From Chloroflexota bacterium (GTDB lineage: Bacteria > Chloroflexota > Dehalococcoidia > Lucifugimonadales > JADFKI01), in NCBI GenBank assembly GCA_009840355.1, contig VXNZ01000019.1, positions 101 through 64,100 of the forward strand: a DNA stretch of 64,000 bases. Reading direction: 5' to 3'. The position numbers and the translations under genes are program-made. Under the pieces are notes generated by a model. That model searched no databases and had not been told where the DNA came from. It saw nothing but the letters and a program-made list of their open reading frames with translations. Each line of letters begins with the position of its first letter. The first letter of the stretch is position 1. This document shows, in pieces, positions 44,457 through 54,214 of the stretch.

Positions 44457-45165
44457 ATACCTGTTTGTCCCCTTAAATGACCGCTTTGCTCATCGTCCGC
44501 ATATCAGGATGCCTTATGCATTACGAGAGATGGAATGAGCTTGACTGGTGGGGACTCCCGCCACGTATGCACAGGACAAAATCGATGATGACTTCTGATA
44601 ATCTTTCGGATCAACCTTTGAGCGAAGGAGACGAAACCTTCATTATAGGATTTTACGATAAAATCAAGAACTGACCAGTTGTGCGTCAAGGTTGTTGGCT
44701 CAGATACAGCCTTATCCCAGAGGCACAGCTCGAACATTCTTGATTGATGGTTCTGTGTTTGGAAGCAATAGTGAAGGTCATGTTGTAACCAATTCCCACA
44801 CGAGTATTATTAACGAGACACACCAGTTTAGTAAGAATGCCCTACATAGAATGGTCAGTGGTTCTCGATTGAATCCCCGCAATCAATAAAATGCAGGCTT
44901 AGGCATTATGATTCCACTGAGCACAATCAACGAAACGATTGAAACGGCATTATCTGATTCCATTCATGTGAGTCGAGCGACATACAAATATGGAAATGCC
45001 CGTGTTTGATGACTTTGCCGTGTAATTCCCCTATTGAAGAACCCTTACATCAAGAGCGTTACGGTGTTCAGACACAAGTGCGCCAACTGTGGCAGGACAT
45101 ACGGGAGTTACCCCTTACGGCAGGATAGACAGAAATGCAATCTGCCTGATAAAATTGGCGCATAA

Positions 45166-45242
<77 letters not shown>

Positions 45243-45298
45243 CACTCAAGCCTATCCCACACGATTCAACCGCAAAACAGCACATTCAAGGAGTAACC

Positions 45299-45643
45299 AT
45301 GCCCATTCTGAACAGGGAAGATTCTGAAGAGCTAAGCCCCGGCGTCGAGCGATATGCACTGGTGGACGGCGACAAAGGCTCGGAATCCACAAGCGTGGGC
45401 GATGTACTCGTTGGCGTGGACGGCGTGGTGCCGACGCACATTCACCCGACCGAAGAAGCGATGGTCATCTTGCAAGGCGAGATGGATGCGATTCTCGGCG
45501 ACGATGTGATAACCGTGACCGAAGGACAGACGGTATTAGCGCCGCCGGGCGTTCGGCACGGCTTCGTGAACCGCTCCGGCGCACCGGCCAGGGTGCTCGC
45601 AATCTTCCCGACGGCGAACATGGAACGCACTCTGGTGGACTAG
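45299..45643 (+). CDS. cupin domain protein
   Basis: 114 aa. VPTHIHPTEEAMVILQG...GQTVLAPPGVRHGFVN. Confidence 0.75.
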   Translation: MPILNREDSEELSPGVERYALVDGDKGSESTSVGDVLVGVDGVVPTHIHPTEEAMVILQGEMDAILGDDVITVTEGQTVLAPPGVRHGFVNRSGAPARVLAIFPTANMERTLVD

Positions 45644-45714
45644 GTGCAGCACCGCGTATGACTTTGCCGTAATTTCGCAGTATCCCCGCTTGCCCAACAC
45701 GATGAGGAGCCACA

Positions 45715-46887
45715 ATGCAGGCAACCGCCAAGCGCGCTGAAGAGGTCGTCGAGAATGTCAAAGAACTGTCGACACGGTTTGCGTCAGAGCGCTCCCAACG
45801 GCAGCAGCGTCGCGCACTCGAAAGAGCGGACTTCGATGCGCTGACGGACGCGGGCTTCCATCTCACAGGAGCACCGCCGGAGATGGGCGGCATCAACGGA
45901 GGCGTCGAAGAGTTCACGCGGCCTCTGTGTGAGATGCTGCGCATTCTGGCGAAGGGCGACCCCAGCGTCTCGCTTGTCGCGTCGATGCATCCCGCCGTGC
46001 TTGGCGGCTGGCTGGAAGTGCCAAAGGCGCCGCAGCCCTATACCGATGCATGGGAGAAGCAGCGCAGGGCGGTTTTCGAGACGGCGCTCGACGGCTGTTG
46101 GTGGGGAACGATTATATCCGAACCGGGCAGCGGCGGCGACCCGTCAAAGAGCCGTGCCGTCGCAAAGCCCGTGGACGCGGACGGTCAGTACCTAGTCAGC
46201 GGGCAGAAACACTTCGGCAGCGGTTCGGGCATGACTTCGTTCATGATTACGCAAGCGGTGCCCGAAGGTGAATCCGCGCCCGATGTGTTCTACATGGATA
46301 TGCGCGACATCCCTTGGGACGGTTCGGCTGGCGCGACACTCACGCGCGCATGGGACGGCGTGGGAATGACTGCCACGCAAAGCCACGCGATGGACTTCAA
46401 CGATATGCCCGCCACACGCGCCGCCTGGCCTGATAACGGCGCAAGACAGCGAGCGCGAGAGACGGCGGGAAGACCTGCCGGGCATCTGTTCACCTCGGTC
46501 ATCGTGGGCGTCGTGGAGTCGGCAGTGGATGCGGCGCGACAGCAAGTGCAATCGAAGCGCGGCTCGATGCGCCCATTCGAGCAGGTTGAGTGGTCACGCG
46601 TGGAAATGGAGGCGTGGCTAGTACAGCAAGCATACGAAGGCGTGCTGCGAGATGTGGAATCCGGCAGCGCCGCCGCTAGTCGCAGCAGTCTGCTGTGCAA
46701 AGAGGCAGTAGCCGAACTCGCGGAATCCATCTTGCTGCGAATAAGCAAGGTCGTGGGCGGCGGCGCATACTCGCGCAGTTCGCCATACGGATTCTGGCTG
46801 GAAGACGTCCGCGCGCTGGGCTTCCTGCGCCCGCCATGGGGCTTTGCATTCGACCGCATTTTCGACGGAAGCTGGTACATTGACTAG
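45715..46887 (+). CDS. acyl-CoA dehydrogenase family protein
   Basis: 390 aa. ISEPGSGGDPS and VSGQKHFGSGSG middle-domain motifs, with a C-terminal helical domain. Confidence 0.7.
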   Translation: MQATAKRAEEVVENVKELSTRFASERSQRQQRRALERADFDALTDAGFHLTGAPPEMGGINGGVEEFTRPLCEMLRILAKGDPSVSLVASMHPAVLGGWLEVPKAPQPYTDAWEKQRRAVFETALDGCWWGTIISEPGSGGDPSKSRAVAKPVDADGQYLVSGQKHFGSGSGMTSFMITQAVPEGESAPDVFYMDMRDIPWDGSAGATLTRAWDGVGMTATQSHAMDFNDMPATRAAWPDNGARQRARETAGRPAGHLFTSVIVGVVESAVDAARQQVQSKRGSMRPFEQVEWSRVEMEAWLVQQAYEGVLRDVESGSAAASRSSLLCKEAVAELAESILLRISKVVGGGAYSRSSPYGFWLEDVRALGFLRPPWGFAFDRIFDGSWYID

Positions 46888-48109
46888 CGCGAAACGGCTC
46901 GTCCTCACCGGCGTCAACATCATCGACGGCAATTCCCCTGTGCCGATTGCGAACGGCAGCGTTGTTGTCGGAAATGGACGAATCACGGAAGTCCTGGACT
47001 CTGGCAAGTCGCCCGATACTCGCGATGCGCGCGTTCTCGAACTGGACGGCGCGTATCTGCTGCCCGGCTTGTGGGATGTTCACATCCATCCGGAATATCC
47101 CCTGCCGCCGGGCATTACGGTTGCGCAGCAAACGGCGGATTTCGGCGCGCAGCTTTCTCGCGCGCTCATGGACGGTGGCGTTACCAGCGTGCGCTGTGCC
47201 GGCGCGGCGAGGTACATGGATGTGGCGTGGCGACGTGTATTCGACAGCGGCAAGATGGTAGGGCCGCGAGTGTTCGCAAGCGGATACTTTCTGACCACGA
47301 CCGGCGGGCACTTCCTGACATCCGGCGTAGCGCGCGAGTGCGACGGCCCATACGGCTTCGTCCAGGCCATACGCGAGGCTATCAAAAACGGCGTTGACCA
47401 CATCAAGCTCAACATGTCCGGCGGCATAATGGGCCCACCCTGGGACTTGCACAAGCATTCGTTTCTGCTGCAGGAAGAACTAGAAGCCGCATTCGCAATA
47501 TGCCATCTTCGAGAGTTCAATGTGATGGCGCACGCGACCAATCCGGATACCGTGAAGGCTGCGATTCGGCTGGGCGCACACAGCATAGAGCACGGCTACA
47601 TTCAAGATGACGAGTGCATCGATCTGTTCCAAAGCAGCGGCGTGTGGTATGTGCCAACGCTCGCCATTTCGCATCTGACAAATGAGCAGGCGACTTGCGA
47701 CATAGAGCGCGAATGGCTTGAACATCGACAGATTGCGCCCGACTTGCAGCGCCGAGCGGACGCCGCCAGCGACGAGCACGCCAAGTGGTTCAAGCGCGCC
47801 CTAGACGCTGGCGTAAGAATGGCGCTAGGCTCGGACATCCACCCATTGAGCGAAGCAGCGCTGCTAGAAATGGGCCTTTGGGTGCGAGACGGCGCCACCG
47901 AATGGCAGGCAATTCAAGCCGCGACAAAGAACGCGGCAGAACTGTGCGGTGTAGGCGACAAACTCGGCACAATCGAAGCAGGCAAGCTCGCCGATTTGAT
48001 AGTTGTCGCCGAAAATCCGTTAGACGACATCACCAACGCGCGCAAACTTATGCTGGTGGTCAAGGACGGGCGGGTTGTCTCGGACAAGCGCGGTCTCACG
48101 GTGACGTAG
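46880..48109 (+). CDS. amidohydrolase family metallo-hydrolase
   Basis: LTGVNIIDG...LLPGLWDVHIHPE (HxH metal site), then HATN, IEHG and GSD... motifs. TTG at 46880 gives an 8-nt overlap with the upstream gene; the ORF-track ATG at 46844 is the alternative. Confidence 0.8.
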   Translation: MTSAKRLVLTGVNIIDGNSPVPIANGSVVVGNGRITEVLDSGKSPDTRDARVLELDGAYLLPGLWDVHIHPEYPLPPGITVAQQTADFGAQLSRALMDGGVTSVRCAGAARYMDVAWRRVFDSGKMVGPRVFASGYFLTTTGGHFLTSGVARECDGPYGFVQAIREAIKNGVDHIKLNMSGGIMGPPWDLHKHSFLLQEELEAAFAICHLREFNVMAHATNPDTVKAAIRLGAHSIEHGYIQDDECIDLFQSSGVWYVPTLAISHLTNEQATCDIEREWLEHRQIAPDLQRRADAASDEHAKWFKRALDAGVRMALGSDIHPLSEAALLEMGLWVRDGATEWQAIQAATKNAAELCGVGDKLGTIEAGKLADLIVVAENPLDDITNARKLMLVVKDGRVVSDKRGLTVT

Positions 48110-48143
48110 CAGTTCAGCGGTTGGGATAAGTATGCCTTCCGAT

Positions 48144-49490
48144 TCACTGCGCCCTGCCGCACAGCCGTAGCAGGTTGCGTGTCCAGTGCAGCAATCCGCC
48201 CTCTGGCTCCGGGCGCGCGTCGGGGGCGATATTCGTGATTATCCACACGTAACTCATGGCTTGGTGCAGCGCGCCCAACGGCTTAGACGCCTCGAAAGCC
48301 TCTATCAGCCGTTCCATCGGCTCGTACGCCGTCCACGGTTCTAGGTAAGCATCACGTAATCGGCTATCCGCATCCTCAATCTTGTCGAGAACCAGGACGT
48401 CGAAATAGGTGCTGGAAACCGTCGCCATATCGAAGAACGGATGCGATATGCACACATCGGTCCAGTCAAAGAAGGTGTAGCCGTCTTCCTGCATCAGAAT
48501 GTTGCCGCCGATGTCGCCGTGAACAAGGGTGTGGGGAACACCAAGCTGCGCCAGCCGAGCGCACATCATCTTGAGCGGCATGGACAGCGAGCGTAACGCT
48601 TGGACTTCCTCTTGTGTCAAACCGTTTGCGCCGCCCGCCAGCATGCGCGAACAAGAGTCAATCAGTGGATCAATCAACTCAACCATGCGCCCAAGTCGCC
48701 TGTCAGGACAGCCAAGCGCAAGCCATTCTCGCACATGCGCCGCCTGCTCCACCTGCGTCTGCGCGAACACTCGCAATGCCTCTTCCCAGCGCGCGATGTC
48801 AGCGCATTCGTGCAGCATATCGCTGCCGTAGTCGGGCATAAGCAGCCAGCCGCGCTCGGCGTCGGCGGCAATCGGCGCAGGCAGCAGCTGCGGGCAGCGT
48901 TCGCCAATCGCCTGCATAATGCGCCCTTCGTGCGCCATGAACGGCGGAGTCGCCTTGAAATAGAAATCGCCCGCGTCCGTCCTAGCGAGCATGGTGCATG
49001 AAATTCCCCACGCTCGCTGCTGGGCTATCGGCGCATACACGTCAATGCCACGCGCGGCGAGTTCGGCGTGAATCCAGTCGCATGCGGAGTCATGCCAGCC
49101 CATCGCCTCCCAAGGCGCGCGCAATTCAGAAGGACTGTCAATGCCGGCGAACCACGCGGCGACCGCGTCATTGATTGCAGGAATGGCAAACTTCAATGAG
49201 GACGCTTCGCACTGCCCGATCCACATCGCATTTTGTTGCGCTGCCACGGCGGGCTCTCGCACAATCGCCATGAAGATCCGCCAATCTTCACCATTATATT
49301 CGCCGCGCGCCGCGCACTTGAGTGTCCATATCTCGAAGCCCAGCTGTCGGCGCATTTCGGCATTGACATGCTCCACGATTCGAGGGTCGGTAGTCTGCGG
49401 CGTGAATACAGGAACACACCAGCCGCCGGAAGATGGCAGCGCCAATATGCTGCCGTCCTCCGGGCGAGCGACTACGACATGGTATTGCAT
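48144..49490 (-). CDS. phosphotransferase (APH/choline-kinase-like) family protein with N-terminal extra domain
   Basis: Brenner/APH motif LVHGDIGGNILMQEDGYTFFDWTDVCISHPFFD in the C-terminal half. Confidence 0.6.
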   Translation of the reverse strand: MQYHVVVARPEDGSILALPSSGGWCVPVFTPQTTDPRIVEHVNAEMRRQLGFEIWTLKCAARGEYNGEDWRIFMAIVREPAVAAQQNAMWIGQCEASSLKFAIPAINDAVAAWFAGIDSPSELRAPWEAMGWHDSACDWIHAELAARGIDVYAPIAQQRAWGISCTMLARTDAGDFYFKATPPFMAHEGRIMQAIGERCPQLLPAPIAADAERGWLLMPDYGSDMLHECADIARWEEALRVFAQTQVEQAAHVREWLALGCPDRRLGRMVELIDPLIDSCSRMLAGGANGLTQEEVQALRSLSMPLKMMCARLAQLGVPHTLVHGDIGGNILMQEDGYTFFDWTDVCISHPFFDMATVSSTYFDVLVLDKIEDADSRLRDAYLEPWTAYEPMERLIEAFEASKPLGALHQAMSYVWIITNIAPDARPEPEGGLLHWTRNLLRLCGRAQ

Positions 49491-49495
49491 GACGG

Positions 49496-51142
49496 CTAGA
49501 ACGGTCGGCGGTGCGAGAAGGCGCGCTCTTCGTTCGTGATGAACTCCAACAGAGCCGCTTCACCGTTATCGGTTGCCGCTTTCGCTCGCAAAATCGCCGG
49601 TGCGACTTCCGCCGGATCTACCACACGCTCCGACCAGCCGCCCATGTCGCGTCCTAGATTCGCGTAACTGCCGCCGAGGTCGCGCGTGCCGTAGAGATTG
49701 TGGGAGAGTTCCATTGCGTCGGTCTCAATCGCCATCGTTGAGTTGTTGAATACTACTGTCAGGATGGGTATGTTGCTGCGAACGGCGGTCTCGAAGTCCA
49801 ACCCGACCATGCCGAACGCAGCGTCTCCCATGAAGTTCACCACGAACTTGTCGGGCGCCGCTAATTTCGCGCCGATGTTCAGCCCAAGTCCGGTGCCAAG
49901 ACCATGCGATTTGCCCCAGCCAAGATAAGTGCGCGGCCCACCCGCCTGATAGAACGGCATAATCTGGTCGCGCGGGCTACCGGAATCGTGCGTTACGATA
50001 GCGTCGTCGGAGTTGACATTCTGCATGAATTCCCAGATAACGCGGTACGGTGTTATCGGATTCTGGTTCGATGTCAGCGTGGGCATCCATTCGTCAAGCC
50101 ACTCTTGGCGCACGGACGCGATCTCTTCCGCAACAGAACCGTCGCCGCGCCGACCGCCACCCAGGATGTCTTTGCACGCGTCGATAAACTGCCGCAGCAC
50201 AAGTTTGGCGTCGCCGAGGATCGGATGGTCGATGGAATAGTTCTTGTCGATGTCAATCGGGTCGTTCGTGGCGTGGATAAGCGTCTTGCCGGCCGGCACG
50301 CTCATCGTCATGCCGTGCTGTGTGAAGCTGGTGCCGATGCCGAAGACGACATCCGCGCGGCTTACGAACTGGTAACACGCGCGATTCATCACGCCGGAGC
50401 CGCTGCCAAGTGCGAGCGGATGCTTCTCCGGAAATGCGCTCTTGCCCGCCATCGTGGTCATCACGGGGATCTGCGTAAGCTCGGCGAATTCGACGAGTTC
50501 GTCCGTGGCGCCGGCGTACATCACGCCCTGCCCTGCGTGGATGACAGGGTTCTCGGCATTTAGAAGCGCGCGCGCCGCCGCCTGGATGTCCGTAGGATTA
50601 CCGGCGGCAACGGCAGGCTTGACCGGGCTATATCCGGCCACGATGTTATCCGGCACTTCGGCGGTTGCGACATCTGCGGGCACTTCCACCATCACGGGGC
50701 CGGGCCGCCCACGCTTGAGCGCGGCGAACGAGCGGCGCATTGTCTCAACAATGCGCTCCGGCACGTTTATCTGTTCAACCTGCTTGGTTACTGAGGCGTA
50801 ACTGCGCAGCGAGCTGTAGTGCGGGTAGATGCCGTCGCGCTCCCGCGGATGACCGAGCGGCAGCAGCAGCATCGGCACGGCATCCGAGAATGCGGTGGCA
50901 ACGCCTGCGTAGGCATTCTCTGCGCCGGGACCATACTGCATCGCGAACACACCCGCCGGGTTGCCGTTCGTAACGCGCGAGTAACCGTCGCCGATACCCA
51001 CGCCAACACGCTCCTGTCGGCAGATTATAGGGCGAATGCCGGCATCCGCCGCCGCCTCGATGATGGGCGTCGTGGGAAACGCACTCAGGTACTCGATACC
51101 TTCTTTCTTCAGAATCTGTGCGATTGCGTCGATAGTTCGCAT
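49496..51142 (-). CDS. thiamine-pyrophosphate-dependent enzyme (acetolactate synthase large-subunit-like)
   Basis: N-terminal Pyr domain (RQERVGVGIGDGYSR). C-terminal PP domain GDAAFGMVGLDFETAVRSNIPILTVVFNN (GDG-x24-NN-like motif). Confidence 0.8.
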   Translation of the reverse strand: MRTIDAIAQILKKEGIEYLSAFPTTPIIEAAADAGIRPIICRQERVGVGIGDGYSRVTNGNPAGVFAMQYGPGAENAYAGVATAFSDAVPMLLLPLGHPRERDGIYPHYSSLRSYASVTKQVEQINVPERIVETMRRSFAALKRGRPGPVMVEVPADVATAEVPDNIVAGYSPVKPAVAAGNPTDIQAAARALLNAENPVIHAGQGVMYAGATDELVEFAELTQIPVMTTMAGKSAFPEKHPLALGSGSGVMNRACYQFVSRADVVFGIGTSFTQHGMTMSVPAGKTLIHATNDPIDIDKNYSIDHPILGDAKLVLRQFIDACKDILGGGRRGDGSVAEEIASVRQEWLDEWMPTLTSNQNPITPYRVIWEFMQNVNSDDAIVTHDSGSPRDQIMPFYQAGGPRTYLGWGKSHGLGTGLGLNIGAKLAAPDKFVVNFMGDAAFGMVGLDFETAVRSNIPILTVVFNNSTMAIETDAMELSHNLYGTRDLGGSYANLGRDMGGWSERVVDPAEVAPAILRAKAATDNGEAALLEFITNEERAFSHRRPF

Positions 51143-51196
51143 GGGCGTGTCCTTTGCACTTGTAATTTAGTATGGCTACCTAGCACGGCAGTCGGC

Positions 51197-52219
51197 TTAT
51201 TCGTCGGAGACCCTTATGAGCATCTTGCCAAAGTTCTCGCCGCGCAGCATGCCGATGAACGCCGTCGGCGCGTTTTCGATGCCCTCGACCACATCCTCCT
51301 TGTACTTCATCTTGCCTTCCCTAATCCAGCCGGCAATACGCCGTCTGCCCTCTTCGTGACGATTGGCGAATTGGAAGACGAGAAAGCCTTCCATGCGCGC
51401 CTGATGCGTCGTCAGGTTGCGCGTGTTTCGCGGGCCCATCTCAGGCTCGGCAAGGTTGTACTGCGAAATCTGCCCGCAGACGGATATGCGCGCGAAGTCG
51501 GCTAGGTTTTCCATCACGGCATCGGTAACGGGACCGCCAACATTGTCAAAGTAGATGTCTATGCCCAGCGGACAGGCAGCCGCTAGCGCATCGACAACAT
51601 TTTCAGTCTTGTAGTTTATGCCCGCATCGAAGCCAAGTTCGTTCACGATGTAGTCAATCTTGTCCTGCGTGCCTGCCGTTCCCACAACATAGCATCCCAT
51701 TATCTTCGCTATCTGCCCCACGACCTGCCCGACCGCGCCCGACGCCGCAGACACCACGACCGTATCACCCGGCCTAGGGTCGCACACATCCAAGAAACCG
51801 AAGTACGCGGTCATCCCAGGCATGCCGAGTATTCCGAGCGATGTTGACAGCGGCCCCAGAGCGGGATCCACCCGGCGCAGGTCGCGCCCGTCCGATACGG
51901 CGTATTCCTGCCAGCCAAGCCTACCCTCCACGATTTCGCCCACGCTGAACGCCGGTGTGCGCGACTCGACGATGCGCCCGACCGCACCGCCGACCATCAC
52001 GTCGCCGAGCTGCACAGACGGCGCATAGGACGCCGCATCGCGCATTCGTCCGCGCATATACGGATCGAGCGAAAGCCAGATTGACCGAATGAGTACCTCG
52101 CCCTCGCGAGGCTGCGGGATCGGCTCTTCAATCATCTCGAAATCTGCCGGTTCCGGGTAACCGTCCGGTCGAGATTTCAGCGTGATTTTTCTATTCGTTC
52201 CTTCTGCCAAAGTTCTCAC
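51197..52219 (-). CDS. NADP-dependent oxidoreductase, MDR superfamily (alkenal/one reductase-like)
   Basis: GDTVVVSAASGAVGQVVGQIAKIMGCYVVGTAG. Lacks the zinc ligands, a pattern typical of the PTGR/YncB group. Confidence 0.85.
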   Translation of the reverse strand: MRTLAEGTNRKITLKSRPDGYPEPADFEMIEEPIPQPREGEVLIRSIWLSLDPYMRGRMRDAASYAPSVQLGDVMVGGAVGRIVESRTPAFSVGEIVEGRLGWQEYAVSDGRDLRRVDPALGPLSTSLGILGMPGMTAYFGFLDVCDPRPGDTVVVSAASGAVGQVVGQIAKIMGCYVVGTAGTQDKIDYIVNELGFDAGINYKTENVVDALAAACPLGIDIYFDNVGGPVTDAVMENLADFARISVCGQISQYNLAEPEMGPRNTRNLTTHQARMEGFLVFQFANRHEEGRRRIAGWIREGKMKYKEDVVEGIENAPTAFIGMLRGENFGKMLIRVSDE

Positions 52220-52362
52220 CTCGTCATTTTCACGACTCGCTAATGTTCTTCTTGTCCATTCTCCCCTTACGGGGAAAGGTTTGGATGGTGGCGATTCTGA
52301 ACTTCGCTCATGGGTAACTCTCAGAGTATGAGTATCCGCGCACCATTGTACATCGCGACTCC

Positions 52363-53475
52363 TTACGCCCCAATCTTCCGCTCCACACGCGCCCTAATGC
52401 GCCTGAACCATACCCGCAACAGCCTGTTAGACCGCCCGCACAGCAGGGACAGCGCGATTGTACCATACACGGCGCGGCGCGATACTTTGACGCGCGTCTG
52501 CGGATTCAACCAGTTGTCGCATTCGGCAAGCGCGGCAAGCGTTTGCAGCCCGATGAGCACGGGCCATAACGCGGCAAGTCTGAGCCGCAAATTCCGGCGA
52601 GGTATGGCAATGATATATCGCTCCGCCGCATCAAAGTGGTCGAGAGTCGTGTGTATGCCCCAGACAAGCGCAGGACGCGCACTTAATCCGTGCGCAGGAT
52701 CCAGCAATTCAACCGGCGTCAGTCCGGTGTGAGCCAATGCGGATTTCGGAATATAGCATCGCCCATTTCGCAGGTCGCGAGGCATGTCTCGTAGTATGTT
52801 CGTCATTTGCAGCGCCTTGCCGAAACACACACCAAGCGTCCGCATCTCATGCGCGTCCCAATGCGCCAGCGCCGGCGTGTGTGCGACTGCCGTGTCTGTG
52901 AAGAACTCGCCCACGCAGCCGGCGACGAGGTAGCAGTATTCGTCAAGCTGCGCAGTCGATTTCAGCGCGACGGGCGTGTCATCATCAATGCGGCTGAATG
53001 TCGTCAAGTCAAAGCACATCCCACGAGTTAGCGTCAGCACAACGGATCGCACGAGTTGAGCATCGTCCGCCGCCAGCGCGTCCAGCAGCGACAAGACTTC
53101 GGGCAGCGCTTGCAGCAGTTCGCGCTCTCCGTCAGTCGGCTGAATCTCAGCAAGCGAGTCGGACAGCCCCGCAGTTGAGGCTTGCCCTTGCATAATCTTC
53201 CTGAACTCGCGCAAGTGCGCCAACCGCTGTGCATGCGAAAGCGTAGGCGTATCCGCGATCGTGTCCGCGGCGCGGGCAAGCACGTATGCTACCGCGACCG
53301 GCTCGCGCATGCCGGCAGGCAGTACGCGAATGGTCAGGTAGAACGCTCGCGACACGCCTTTCAGCAGAGTTGTGAGGATATACCGGCGTCGAGAGTTGGG
53401 CAGCGATGCCGTCGCATTGCCATCATTGTCCTGCGCATCAACATTCATGCCGCGCCAATTACCTCTTCGCAGCAA
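52363..53475 (-). CDS. squalene/phytoene synthase family protein
   Basis: SRAFYLTIRVLP, first Asp-rich region ARAADTIAD, second NILRDMPRDLRNGRCYIP. Confidence 0.85.
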   Translation of the reverse strand: MLRRGNWRGMNVDAQDNDGNATASLPNSRRRYILTTLLKGVSRAFYLTIRVLPAGMREPVAVAYVLARAADTIADTPTLSHAQRLAHLREFRKIMQGQASTAGLSDSLAEIQPTDGERELLQALPEVLSLLDALAADDAQLVRSVVLTLTRGMCFDLTTFSRIDDDTPVALKSTAQLDEYCYLVAGCVGEFFTDTAVAHTPALAHWDAHEMRTLGVCFGKALQMTNILRDMPRDLRNGRCYIPKSALAHTGLTPVELLDPAHGLSARPALVWGIHTTLDHFDAAERYIIAIPRRNLRLRLAALWPVLIGLQTLAALAECDNWLNPQTRVKVSRRAVYGTIALSLLCGRSNRLLRVWFRRIRARVERKIGA

Positions 53476-53478
53476 CCG

Positions 53479-54024
53479 CTATTTGCCGAAGCCGCGCTTC
53501 AAGCCGCGCACGAACGACACCTGCCCGAGATGCTGGTCTTGCTCGCCGATTAGCTGGCGCATAATGCTGCCCACGCTGCGCCCGCTGAAATACCGCACCG
53601 ATGCCGGATTCTCAGGGAACGGCGACCTGTCAATCGGCACTTCGTCGAAGTCGTCGTCGCTCAAACCGCGCAGATATTCCAGCGTCCCTTCGCGCACCGA
53701 ATCGAAATACTGCTGAAGCTGCTCTTTGGTGATTGCCGGGAATGCCGCGACCTGCTCCAGCGTGTAATTGACACCATGGTCGCCTTCAGGGATGCCAGTC
53801 TTCGTGCTCCAGCCATCCCGCAGCCACACCTCGTCCGTGCCTCGCGCGAACACGTTGATGAGTCTGTCCTCGACGCGCGCCGAATGCCAAATGAGGAACG
53901 CTATGCAGTTGGATTCCGCGTCCGGTCGCCAGTGCATCTCCTCTTCCGACAAGGGTCCGGCGGCGGCGTACACGCGCCTGCGATAATCCTCCAAACACTG
54001 CCCAATGAATTCGTTCAGTTTCAT
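53479..54024 (-). CDS. DinB family protein
   Basis: 181 aa. WRPDAESNCIAFLIWHSARVEDR and QHLGQVSFVRG, with the His triad spacing of the DinB_2 four-helix bundle. Confidence 0.75.
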   Translation of the reverse strand: MKLNEFIGQCLEDYRRRVYAAAGPLSEEEMHWRPDAESNCIAFLIWHSARVEDRLINVFARGTDEVWLRDGWSTKTGIPEGDHGVNYTLEQVAAFPAITKEQLQQYFDSVREGTLEYLRGLSDDDFDEVPIDRSPFPENPASVRYFSGRSVGSIMRQLIGEQDQHLGQVSFVRGLKRGFGK

Positions 54025-54214
54025 TATCAGCCTTCCTGTTATTTTTATTGTGAACTGTGCTAGGCATTATCTCATGTCCGACAATGTCCCGTAAGTAGGC
54101 GAGGGATTTGACGCTCCGCCTTGTTAAGCATAAACTTTGCTGAAGCGAAGCAATCTACGCATATCGACATAGACGCAGTTGTCAGCAGCATCACCATATT
54201 CTTGGAAAATTACC

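Noticed and set aside
44091-44889. Short ORFs in the AT-rich island (44091-44480, 44170-44388, 44477-44674, 44504-44737, 44692-44889)
   Set aside because: They have no motifs, overlap one another, and lie in DNA that otherwise reads as decayed transposase sequence. They are most likely chance ORFs in AT-rich DNA.
46676-47458. 260-aa minus-strand ORF and other overlapping ORFs across the ACAD/amidohydrolase junction
   Set aside because: It is antisense to two motif-supported plus-strand genes, with an Arg/Ala-rich translation.
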